This document shows positions 10,777-19,530 of a DNA stretch of 64,000 nucleotides, one piece after another (within the stretch, counting starts at the first letter, position 1; each line of letters opens with the position of its first letter). The translations under genes were made by a program, and so were the position numbers. Under the pieces are notes generated by a model. That model saw nothing but the letters and a program-made list of their open reading frames with translations. It was not told where the DNA came from and searched no databases. The stretch is from positions 32,001-96,000 of the IMG/VR virus record IMGVR_UViG_3300014204_000130. The stretch is one strand, 5' to 3'. This DNA comes from a virus (lineage: Duplodnaviria; Caudoviricetes).

Positions 10777-11250
10777 ATGAATAACACCGAAGTAATAAAG
10801 ATTTTAAAAGATTTTGCAAATGGAGAAAAGATTGTAGCTGAACATGTTCCATTTGGAATAACTTTGTCTGGACTTCGGGAAGCGTTGAACATTGCATTTT
10901 CAACAGGAATGATAAATACAATATTATGCAGACCTCCCGTTGAAGGATACCATCCTCCTCCGGTTGAAAAAGTACAACCCCCCATTCCAACTCCATCACC
11001 GGGAACTATGAAACCGAAAGAATGTTTGCATGAAAATACAAAAGAACTTCCACATCATATTCATAAAGTTAAAACGATTTGTGCTGATTGTGGAAAGTTT
11101 ATAAAGTGGGGAAGTATAAACATAACTCCGACAGAATACTTGAAGAGTATGATACGTATTGCTGAGATGCGAAAACTATCGAAAGGTTGGGTTTGTGGAA
11201 AGTTTAAAAATAAATTTAAAAGAGAACCGACAGTAGATGAAATGGAATAA
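10777..11250 (+). CDS. Hypothetical protein with Zn ribbon and helicase-C-terminal-like tail
   Basis: CADCGKFIKW; KGWVCGKFKNKFKREP. Confidence 0.45.
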   Translation: MNNTEVIKILKDFANGEKIVAEHVPFGITLSGLREALNIAFSTGMINTILCRPPVEGYHPPPVEKVQPPIPTPSPGTMKPKECLHENTKELPHHIHKVKTICADCGKFIKWGSINITPTEYLKSMIRIAEMRKLSKGWVCGKFKNKFKREPTVDEME

Positions 11251-11527
11251 CAATGAATAAATTTGAATTTCTAGTAATCGTTGGATGGTTGTTAATTATT
11301 TTTGTACTATGGAATCCCATTTCACACCAAGAAAAATATTACAAATTGACAATGCAACAACCCGATGGAACTCAGAAAATATTTATTGGTAGGTCTGCAC
11401 AGTCTAATCGTGGAAGTGCTTCTTGGATATCGAAAGATATGAAGTATCATGTATTCACAGGCCCGCATTGGTTGGATGAAGTATCTTCCGATACGTTTAA
11501 CAATTTTAAATTGAAAGGTGAAAAAGA

Positions 11528-11791
11528 ATGAGCTTCGCAATTTATAAATATCCGATTAACAATGAAAGTTATCAACAAATTAATATGCCCAAAGATGCAA
11601 AGATTCTATCAGTACAATTGCAGAACAATATGCCATGCATTTGGGCCATGGTAAATCTTGACAATCCAATGGAAATTCGAAAATTCTATTGGTTCTTTAC
11701 GGGAGAACAAATGGATGATCCCGATGCATATACATACATTGCAACTTTCCAATTGGGTTGGATGGTTTGTCATTTGTTTGAGGAGAAGTAA
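11528..11791 (+). CDS. Conserved small phage protein
   Basis: IYKYP...MPKDAKILSVQLQ...CIWAMV...TG...YIATFQ...HLFE pattern recalled from many phages. Confidence 0.6.
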   Translation: MSFAIYKYPINNESYQQINMPKDAKILSVQLQNNMPCIWAMVNLDNPMEIRKFYWFFTGEQMDDPDAYTYIATFQLGWMVCHLFEEK

Positions 11792-11995
11792 TATGGAAGA
11801 ATTTTCAACAAGTTGGATGTGCCCTAAATGCTTACGTCATCATGGAAGTCAGGATGCCTATTACAGTGAACCAGTTCCAATGAAGCTTATACAGATTATA
11901 GGACCGATGTATACATTGATCGTCACCTGTCGGGCATGTGGGTATCAGACGACCATGAAGACTGCCGACTACCCAAAATTAACGGAGATAGTTGA

Positions 11996-12025
11996 TTGAC
12001 AAAAGTGCTATCTCTGTGATAGTAT
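11996..12025 (+). promoter_or_regulatory. sigma70-type promoter with AAGTGCTA box
   Basis: TTGACA-N18-TAGTAT; GGAGG RBS before ATG 12043. Confidence 0.65.
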
Positions 12026-12042
12026 TATGTATGGAGGTGCCT

Positions 12043-12360
12043 ATGATAACTGAAGAAGAAAATCCCTTTCCTCCGGATGACCCTGGAGAACCGATTGTCC
12101 AGCAAAAGACGGAAACTCCTTCGAAAGAATTTCCTACGGAGTGCATGTATCGGTTGAAAGCCTTGGCAAAAGAGAAGGGATACAAGTCGGGATATGTCGC
12201 CGTGAATTTCCGGAAGATCTTTAATCGATGGCCGACATATGCCGAAGGTGGGAATCCTCCTCGGAGGCAGAGATCTTGGATGAATTACGTTTGGGGAAAT
12301 GAAGATTCCGATGATGATCCCATGGGATTCGGACATCCCGACGATTTTGGAGATAATTGA
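12043..12360 (+). CDS. Hypothetical protein with a helical domain paralogous to ORF 10777
   Basis: AKEKGYKSGYVAVNFRKIFNRWP. Confidence 0.5.
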   Translation: MITEEENPFPPDDPGEPIVQQKTETPSKEFPTECMYRLKALAKEKGYKSGYVAVNFRKIFNRWPTYAEGGNPPRRQRSWMNYVWGNEDSDDDPMGFGHPDDFGDN

Positions 12361-12458
12361 ATGTTGATTCTTCCCGTGATAGAAAAGATGGCGATTGAAT
12401 TGGGAATGCTCGTACTGATCTTGACGACGTTGGGATTCATACATCCGGGAGATATAGA

Positions 12459-13517
12459 ATGATTGAAATGGAAACCAAAATAAATAAAAATTGTGGGATG
12501 CGGAAACCACATAATCTAAAAGGATGCATCGAAAGAACTGGTTTAAGTTTTAAAGAATTTGCCATTAAACTTGGAATTCAAACATCCTATTTAATGTCTC
12601 TGTTAAATCGGGTTGTTTCAATGCCGAAAAGTACCAAGAAACGAGCATATGCAATTATACGTGAAATTGAAAGTAATTGCCCTTTGCCAAGTAATGAAAT
12701 TGTAAGGAGTGAGATCATGAAGGATTTGAACATTGAAAATAAACCCGATTTGACAATTGAGGAGATTTCCAAATATCCTAGCAATGTTACCACTGAAAAT
12801 GTACATCCTTTGAAAATAGAAATAATGAAAACTGGAATTTCATTTTCAAAGATAGCCAGAGAAATTGGTATTGGCGTTGGAAAATTATCCAACATGTTAA
12901 ATTTATCTGGAACTAGTCGAATGACTCCTGAATATGAAAATCTAATTCGTGAATTTTTGGAGTTGTCCAAATCAGTTAAAGTAATCACCATAGAAAGTCC
13001 TATAATTAAAAAAATTACATTCGAACCAAGTCCTTTGAAAACAGCATTGGTAAATTTGATCAAAGAATGTAAACAAGAGCGAGATCAAATGAAAAATCTG
13101 AAGAATTCAAATCAGAATACTTCTTTGGAGATTGATAATTTACATATTCAAATTGAGAAATTAAATGATGAATTAAATTGTAATATTGAGAAATTAAATG
13201 ATTCCGATTTGGATAGATTAAATTTGTTGAATGTAATTAATAATATGGTTGGAAAATGTCCAGTTTGTGGAGGTTCGCTGGCATGTAATTCGACAGGTGA
13301 TAGTTTTACTTGTCTTGAACCCGAATGTTTCTTTGCCGAACGAACTTTAACTTGGAAGCAATTATGTATTATCCGACAATACGAATTAGAAGAGTTCCCA
13401 GATTCATTTGACGATGAGTTGGATCTTTCGGATGTCGTTGACAATATCGATCCTCCATATGAGAGTTTGTTATTCGGGATCGATGGAAATATCTTGAACC
13501 CTCGTAAACCCGCATGA
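12459..13517 (+). CDS. Tandem XRE-type HTH regulator with coiled coil and Zn ribbon
   Basis: GLSFKEFAIKLGIQTSYLMSLLN and GISFSKIAREIGIGVGKLSNMLN; CPVC...CLEPEC. Confidence 0.7.
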   Translation: MIEMETKINKNCGMRKPHNLKGCIERTGLSFKEFAIKLGIQTSYLMSLLNRVVSMPKSTKKRAYAIIREIESNCPLPSNEIVRSEIMKDLNIENKPDLTIEEISKYPSNVTTENVHPLKIEIMKTGISFSKIAREIGIGVGKLSNMLNLSGTSRMTPEYENLIREFLELSKSVKVITIESPIIKKITFEPSPLKTALVNLIKECKQERDQMKNLKNSNQNTSLEIDNLHIQIEKLNDELNCNIEKLNDSDLDRLNLLNVINNMVGKCPVCGGSLACNSTGDSFTCLEPECFFAERTLTWKQLCIIRQYELEEFPDSFDDELDLSDVVDNIDPPYESLLFGIDGNILNPRKPA

Positions 13518-13523
13518 ATAAAG

Positions 13524-13578
13524 CATCCTCCCGCGTGTGCGCGTAGGAATTGCACGCGGGAGGATGGGAGGGGGGGGG
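13524..13578. repeat. GC-rich 14-bp inverted repeat followed by a G-run
   Basis: CATCCTCCCGCGTG / CACGCGGGAGGATG, then GGAGGGGGGGG. Confidence 0.8.
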
Positions 13579-14803
13579 TAACACCCTGTCAGAAAATATT
13601 TTGAAATTCCAATGAACTCCTGAGTGGTACGTATGGAAAATTACTTTACGTATAAATTAAATCTTTTGTTAGACGAAGGAATTGTAAATGATATTCGTAA
13701 TAAATGGAAACTCTGGCGTAATAATGGGACAATTGACAGAAGTGAAATTTGAAAATGAAGATATTGCTTTCCAAATTCCAATAACTGAAGAACGTAAATT
13801 TGTTGAGAATGTCATTTATCATATGAATATTGGAAATGTTCGACATGTTGTTCTTGAAGATGGAAAATTTATTCTCCCGAAAGGAATGTTGAAAAATGTA
13901 TATTTCTGGGGAAAGGAATATGAATAAAGAGGAAATTTCAATTCTACTGTATATAATTGCAATAATGAACTGGTCGAAATATCAGATGAAAGAACTTGGG
14001 AAAGTACAACGGATAGACAGTCTTTTGTTGGACAGTTTGTGAAAAAATTACAATGAATGGTATTGAAGATGGATCACATATAGATATTACAACTTTGGAC
14101 GTATATATCTGTCCCAAATGTGGAACTATGAAATCAGGGAAGGAGAAGTAGAAAAATATGAACTGTTGTCGATGTAATTTCCGAGAAGCAGAAGAACATG
14201 CGCCATATTGTCATATCTGCGATAAATTTTACAGTAAGGAAGAAGTGAATCGTATTCTGAAATACGTGGAGGACAATAAATACACAAATTGTAAAATGGT
14301 ACAGCAAGGAGACTTACAGGTAAAACTGTCTCTCGCCAAAAGTTATAAGGAGTTGGAAGAACATGATCGAGAATTAGAAAGAACTGCCAGTTTAACCTTC
14401 CGAAGATTGCCGGGAGATAAACGATTAATTTTCATGATAGTGAAGAATGATAACCGGGAAACCGTCGAATAATTTCGTCCAACAAAAGACAGTTTGTGAA
14501 AAAATCACAATGTATAAGGAATCTGACATGATAACCCTGAAACCCCTCCCGTATAAATTGGCAAAAAGAATATTCCTTTCAGACCCCGGAGGAATGTTCC
14601 ATCAGAGAGGAGTAAGATTGAACTTCGGTATAAAATATGGAATACAAGGAACGGACATATCGATCATCAATATTCTAAGAGATGTGAATTACGACCATTA
14701 CAAATTTGCATTCTATTGGTATCCGGGAAAGGAAATTAATTTCCGGGATATTATGCTTAGAAATAAATTGGAGACGCTGATAAATGGAGGAGTAGAATTT
14801 TCG

Positions 14804-15546
14804 TAATATTTTTTGACAGTCTTTTAAAAGACGGAATTTCCCAGTAGGACCGTAAACTGTGAATTTGGAATTCCGTCTTTTGTTGGACAGAATTTTGAAA
14901 GTTGAGAATTTAACATGTCACTTTGTCCAAGATGTAAAGTAAATGAGAAACAAATATTTAAGACAGGTAAAGTCGGTGCATATTGTAGAGAATGCCAGAA
15001 ACATTACCATGATAGGTATTATTATGGTGAAGGTGGTAAACCTGTGAAGATTCCGAAACCCCCGAAACTTCCAAGAATCCCGAAAACAATTTGTCCAAGA
15101 TGTAAAGTAAATGAGAAACATAAATTTCCAAATTGCATGGCTGCTTATTGTTTGGTATGCGTCCGAGAAGTGGATAAGGAAACACATAAACGAAGAATGT
15201 TGGAAGATCCCGTCGAGATAAAACGAAAACATCACTTGGCCGTTCAAAGATATCAGAGGAAGACAGATCCTGAAAGATTTCGTCGATATAGAAAGATGGG
15301 TATGAAGGAAATAGACACTTCATTGACATTGGCATTCGTAATGGATTGGTTTAATGGTGAATGTCAGGAATGCTTTAATATCTGTGAATTCGGAGGAGAG
15401 TATAAACCAACAATTGATTATATAGTTCCGTTGAAGTCTGGAGGACAACATGTGAAGGAAAACGTAAGGCTGTTGTGTAGAAGTTGTATGCAAATAAAAT
15501 GGAGAAATTCTATTTCATAATATTTTTGGACAGTCTTTTAAAAGAC
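14804..15546 (+). mobile_element. HNH gene cassette bounded by 29-nt direct repeats
   Basis: TAATATTTTT(T/G)GACAGTCTTTTAAAAGAC at 14804-14832 and 15518-15546. Confidence 0.6.
14915..15520 (+). CDS. HNH endonuclease-like protein, probably catalytically degenerate
   Basis: Duplicated CPRCKVNEK fingers; TIDYIVPLKSGGQH...NVRLLCRSCM (His->Tyr and Asn->Met relative to DHIIP..GG.H...N...C..CN). Confidence 0.75.
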   Translation: MSLCPRCKVNEKQIFKTGKVGAYCRECQKHYHDRYYYGEGGKPVKIPKPPKLPRIPKTICPRCKVNEKHKFPNCMAAYCLVCVREVDKETHKRRMLEDPVEIKRKHHLAVQRYQRKTDPERFRRYRKMGMKEIDTSLTLAFVMDWFNGECQECFNICEFGGEYKPTIDYIVPLKSGGQHVKENVRLLCRSCMQIKWRNSIS

Positions 15547-15550
15547 ACCT

Positions 15551-15587
15551 ACCCCTCTTGTCTGTATGGAAAGAGGGGTTTCTTTTT
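15551..15587 (+). terminator. Rho-independent terminator
   Basis: ACCCCTCTT/AAGAGGGGT stem followed by TTCTTTTT. Confidence 0.7.
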
Positions 15588-16301
15588 GTCCAACGTTGGA
15601 ATTTGAGAGCCGAAGGCTTCCTGTTGAGATGGGGTTGTCTAAGATTGGACAGTTATAAATTCGTTGCTTGTCTAAGATTGGACTCCTGTTGAGATGGGTA
15701 GAGAATTGGGAGGAAAAAGAATGGGTTACGGATGATATGGAAAAGTTGGTTATGCATCCATATACCACATGAAGTACTGCCGTACCCTCCGCATTTTCCG
15801 GAAATGCTCGCATTATTTTATTCCACCGTACAACCCGCATCAACACACGTTCTCCACAGTCGTACATATAGCACCGTACTAGCTGTACCGTACTCTCATA
15901 CCTTGCAAACGCTGATCAATACTCATTTTCCACGAATCAATGATATGCACGCCGAAAGTACAAGTCGATATGGTTGGTGCATTATGCACGGCAATGAAAA
16001 GTGGAAAACTCGTAGGAATGGCTTAAAATGGAAAAAGGTAGAATTGCCTGGGAATGGTCGGAAAAAACTTGTCCAGCAAAAGACTGGGAAAAACTGATAC
16101 TCCTGAGTATCAAAATTTTAAAATGCGGTTTTGTAACCAGTCCGTGAAATATTGCAGTCTTTTAAAAGATTTTTCGGAATGGCCATTCCTATTGTATTGG
16201 CGATTCAAAAATTCTCTCCTCTTCTCCATGGGGAAGTATAGAGTAGGGGGAAGGGTAAGATTCTATATTGAAAAAATAGTTATCGAGAATGAAGAAAACA
16301 T

Positions 16302-16330
16302 TTGACAAGTGCTAGCACTCGGAGTAACGT
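16302..16330 (+). promoter_or_regulatory. sigma70-type promoter heading the ncRNA/early transcript; palindrome AGTGCTAGCACT in the spacer
   Basis: TTGACA-N17-TAACGT. Confidence 0.6.
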
Positions 16331-16396
16331 ATTTCTTGTAAGTGCATTTTAAAACTTACTCCCTTCTTGGAAGGGGATTGCCCAAAAATTTGAAAA

Positions 16397-16848
16397 GTGA
16401 ATCGGCAAGAGTAGACGAAAGGCCAAAAATCTCTCCCCCGCCGGAAACGGCGAAAAACCTAGCTTCAGGGGAGGTAAAGTTTATCAGGATACAACGCCTT
16501 AGCATCCGTCTACTATCCAAAACGTGATTAAAGTGTCACGTGTCGGAACGGCGCAAGGATACGGCGATATCTCGAAAGTCTCCCGAAGTAGAAAATCAGA
16601 GATGAGTAGAATACCGTAAGCGTATTAAATGGCAAGAGGTAAGATACCCGGCCACCCGCAAGGGTAAAAGTGAACCGATATACAAGTGATATCACGGGCA
16701 ATGGTATAACCTACCCTCTCCCCCTACTCTCTCGTGAGAATGTCGGAAGGACGAAAGTATACCAAAGTGAATGCGGATAGCTAGAAAAATGCGTGTTGTA
16801 GTAAGCTTGGTAACTGTTTTTCGTCATGCGATACCCTTACCGATTCAC
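16397..16848 (+). ncRNA. Large ornate structured RNA, ROOL-like (~450 nt)
   Basis: Closing stem GTGAATCGGCAAGAGTA/TACCCTTACCGATTCAC (15/17); AGTAGACG/CGTCTACT stem; GNRA-capped hairpins (CGCCG-GAAA-CGGCG, ACCC-GCAA-GGGT); long-range CTAGCT/AGCTAG and TACAAC/GTTGTA; no credible ORF. GUGAAU..AGAGUAGACGA and CAUCCGUCUAC match recalled ROOL segments. Confidence 0.7.
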
Positions 16849-16857
16849 AACGTTCTT

Positions 16858-17224
16858 TGAAAAGTGCATCGGGAAAACCCCTTTCTACTCAGTAGTAAAA
16901 ATCATTCCCGTTTCAGGGAATGATAAATTAATTTAAAAGGAGTCAATATGAAAAACAATATCATTCTCCCTGAAATTTTCGGCAAGCTTACTTCCGACAA
17001 CGCCGTGGTTCAGAATACCAATGAGGCATACAAGCGCGGTATTGCCATGCAAAAAGCAGTAAAGGAAGCTGAAAAAACGGTAAAGTTGGCTAGCGATTCC
17101 TTTCAAGCCGAACTCATTGCGCGTGCTTCTGACTTACACGTGGTCATTCTGACCATGAAAGCATCTACCATTACCAAGTAAGCACTTGTGACCTGACTTC
17201 CGGTTTTTCCCGATGCACTTTTCA
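16858..17224 (+). repeat. Perfect 20-bp long-range inverted repeat with boxA-like 5' arm, enclosing a 77-aa ORF
   Basis: TGAAAAGTGCATCGGGAAAA (16858-16877) / TTTTCCCGATGCACTTTTCA (17205-17224); GTTCTTTGAAAA at 16852-16863. Confidence 0.9.
16948..17181 (+). CDS. 77-aa hypothetical helical protein
   Basis: AAAGGAG RBS preceded by a hairpin and AAATTAA. Confidence 0.7.
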   Translation: MKNNIILPEIFGKLTSDNAVVQNTNEAYKRGIAMQKAVKEAEKTVKLASDSFQAELIARASDLHVVILTMKASTITK

Positions 17225-17375
17225 TCCCGGCTCATGTTGCTTGTATGCGTTCGGCTTACTGGTTCTTCAGTTTGCGCGTGCTGCATGTTTTCATGAGCCG
17301 GTTGTCCTGTTCTCTTCTGTTTCTCGTATCGGATTTTTTTCCGGACAACATTTTTTCCGAAAGGAGATTGCCAAA

Positions 17376-17774
17376 ATGAATACACTTGTAGAATTGAAAA
17401 AATCAATTCAGGCTTGCAAGGAAGTTATCTCACTTTGCAAGTCGAGTAATGGGGAATATTGTCTCTTGGCAATCTCTCCGAGAAAAACGGGATTTGCCCG
17501 GAGTATGTTTTTCCGGGCGATTCAAAACAATGTCCGTTCCATTCTACCCAAAGGGGTATATGGAACATTCATGGAAGATGGGGAACATGTTACGGTGGAA
17601 GTATCGCCGGAACATGTTCCTTGTCTGGTAGAAAGAATGGAAAAGAAATACATTGTTTCCATTCTGTCTGATTCAAGGATTGACGAGAGACAATCCTTAT
17701 CACCACGTGAAACACAGTGCAAGAAAACAAGACGAGTTACCGCTTGCACTTCCTCTACTCGGACAAATAAGTAG
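17376..17774 (+). CDS. Hypothetical protein
   Basis: AAGGAG RBS before ATG 17376 (MNTLVELKK...). Confidence 0.55.
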   Translation: MNTLVELKKSIQACKEVISLCKSSNGEYCLLAISPRKTGFARSMFFRAIQNNVRSILPKGVYGTFMEDGEHVTVEVSPEHVPCLVERMEKKYIVSILSDSRIDERQSLSPRETQCKKTRRVTACTSSTRTNK

Positions 17775-17831
17775 GGAGAAATTCCCTACCATGTTTTCCC
17801 GGTTTAAAAATTCATTCTCAAAATAGGTTTT

Positions 17832-17927
17832 TGTATCTTTTCCAGATCTTTGGAGGGATACAAAAACCTTGTTGTCGTTCCCGGAATAATCTGTATCTTT
17901 TCCAGATCTTTGGAGGGATACAAAAAC
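17832..17927. repeat. Two identical 36-nt hairpin repeats with a 24-nt spacer (mini-array-like)
   Basis: TGTATCTTTTCCAGATCTTTGGAGGGATACAAAAAC at 17832-17867 and 17892-17927. Confidence 0.9.
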
Positions 17928-18126
17928 ATTGCATTTTGCAATGTCCACCAAAAGATGCACAACGGTTTATCATTTCCGTTGTCATCTTGCATCTTTCTTC
18001 AGTTAAAAATGATAAAGATCATTTGCAGGCCGTTTCAACGACGGTGACTGCAACGGCTTCAATGCCGTGAAATGATATGTATCCGGTTCGTTTCAGAACT
18101 GGAAAATTCGTAAAGGAGGTGTCATC

Positions 18127-19530
18127 ATGACATCTCAAAACAACGTCGCCAACTTAATCGGAAGTCTTCCGGCTTCCGTAAAAAATATTGCGACCGCCGT
18201 TTCGAAAGTCGGCGGTCGATCGTTTCTGATCGGGGGAGCCGTTCGCGACTTCTTCCGGAACGGCTCCGACCCTAAAGATTTCGACCTTGAAATCCATGGG
18301 TTGCAACTGGAAACCCTGAAAGGGGTTCTCGACGGTCTTGGAATGGAAACCAAGACCGTCGGAGAATCCTTCGGGGTTCTCAAGGTTCGCGACGAGGAAG
18401 GGAACGACCTTGACATCTCCCTTCCTCGTCGAGACAACAAATGTGGCGTCGGCCACAAGGGGTTCACCGTCGAAGTGGACCCCAACATGACTATTCGGGA
18501 AGCTTGTTCCCGTAGGGATTTCACCATCAACACAATGATGGTGGATATCCTCACAGGGTCTATCGAAGACCCATTCGGAGGATTGGAAGACCTCCAAAAG
18601 GGAATCCTTCACCATACCTCGGAGCAATTCTCCGAAGACCCATTACGGGTTCTCCGGGGAATGCAATTCCTTTCCCGGATGGGATTCCGGGCTTCCCAGG
18701 AATTGGAGGAAACCTGTTCAAAATTGGTTTCCTCCTTCTCCGAACTTCCCAAGGAAAGAGTTTGGGAAGAGTGGAAGAAGTGGGCTGCAAAAGCCCAATC
18801 TCCTTCGAAGGGATTGGAATTTCTCCGGAATTCCGGATGGGTTTCCAACTTTCCGGAGTTGGAGGCACTCATCGATCTCAAACAAGAACCCTCCCATCAT
18901 CCCGAAGGGGATGTGTGGGAACACACGCTGCATACGGTCGATGCAGCGTGTAAGATTGCCGGGAGGGAAAATCTCCCGAGTGACCGGAAAGTTGCCCTTA
19001 TGTTAGGGGCACTTTGCCACGATTTCGGTAAGGTAACAACCACCGAAGTTATCGATGGGGTTATCACATCCAGGAAACACAACGTAGCCGGGGAAGAACC
19101 AACCCGGTCATTCATGGCGCGGATAGGTGCGCCAAAAGACCTCACCGAAGAGGTCGTCCATCTGGTCCGTGAACATATGATTCACGTCTTCGGTGAACTG
19201 ACGGACAGCGTTGTTAAAAAGCTGTCCTCCCGGATCAACGGGAAAACCACCGTAATAATGGTTTCACATGTGATCGAGGCTGATCACGGTGGCCGACCTC
19301 CATTCGCCGCCGTTCATCCTTGTCCCCAAATCCTGGAAATGGCAGCGAGATTGAATGTTCTCGCCGCACAACCGAAACCTTTCCTGACCGGACGACATCT
19401 CATCTCGCTCGGGTTCAAACCCGGTCAGGAAATGGGAAAGGTTCTCAAGGAGCTTTTCGACCTTCAACTGGAGGGAAAGATTGCCTCGGAGGAGGAGGCA
19501 ATCACATTCGCGAAAACAACTCGGGATTAA
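18127..19530 (+). CDS. cca: Class II tRNA nucleotidyltransferase (CCA-adding enzyme) with HD domain
   Basis: GGAVRD, DFD, RRDFTIN, EDPLRVLR, ERVWEE, HHPEGDVWEHT and CHDFGK motifs. Confidence 0.93.
   Translation: MTSQNNVANLIGSLPASVKNIATAVSKVGGRSFLIGGAVRDFFRNGSDPKDFDLEIHGLQLETLKGVLDGLGMETKTVGESFGVLKVRDEEGNDLDISLPRRDNKCGVGHKGFTVEVDPNMTIREACSRRDFTINTMMVDILTGSIEDPFGGLEDLQKGILHHTSEQFSEDPLRVLRGMQFLSRMGFRASQELEETCSKLVSSFSELPKERVWEEWKKWAAKAQSPSKGLEFLRNSGWVSNFPELEALIDLKQEPSHHPEGDVWEHTLHTVDAACKIAGRENLPSDRKVALMLGALCHDFGKVTTTEVIDGVITSRKHNVAGEEPTRSFMARIGAPKDLTEEVVHLVREHMIHVFGELTDSVVKKLSSRINGKTTVIMVSHVIEADHGGRPPFAAVHPCPQILEMAARLNVLAAQPKPFLTGRHLISLGFKPGQEMGKVLKELFDLQLEGKIASEEEAITFAKTTRD

Noticed and set aside
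16302-16330. CIRCE (HrcA) operator
   Set aside because: Only half-site similarity; orientation and the 9-nt spacer do not fit
15538-16527. ORFs 15538, 15732, 16054 and 16342
   Set aside because: No RBS or recognisable protein features; they overlap repeats, the promoter and the structured RNA
17832-17927. Bona fide CRISPR array
   Set aside because: Only two repeats, a 24-nt spacer and no cas genes; kept only as a repeat and a hypothesis
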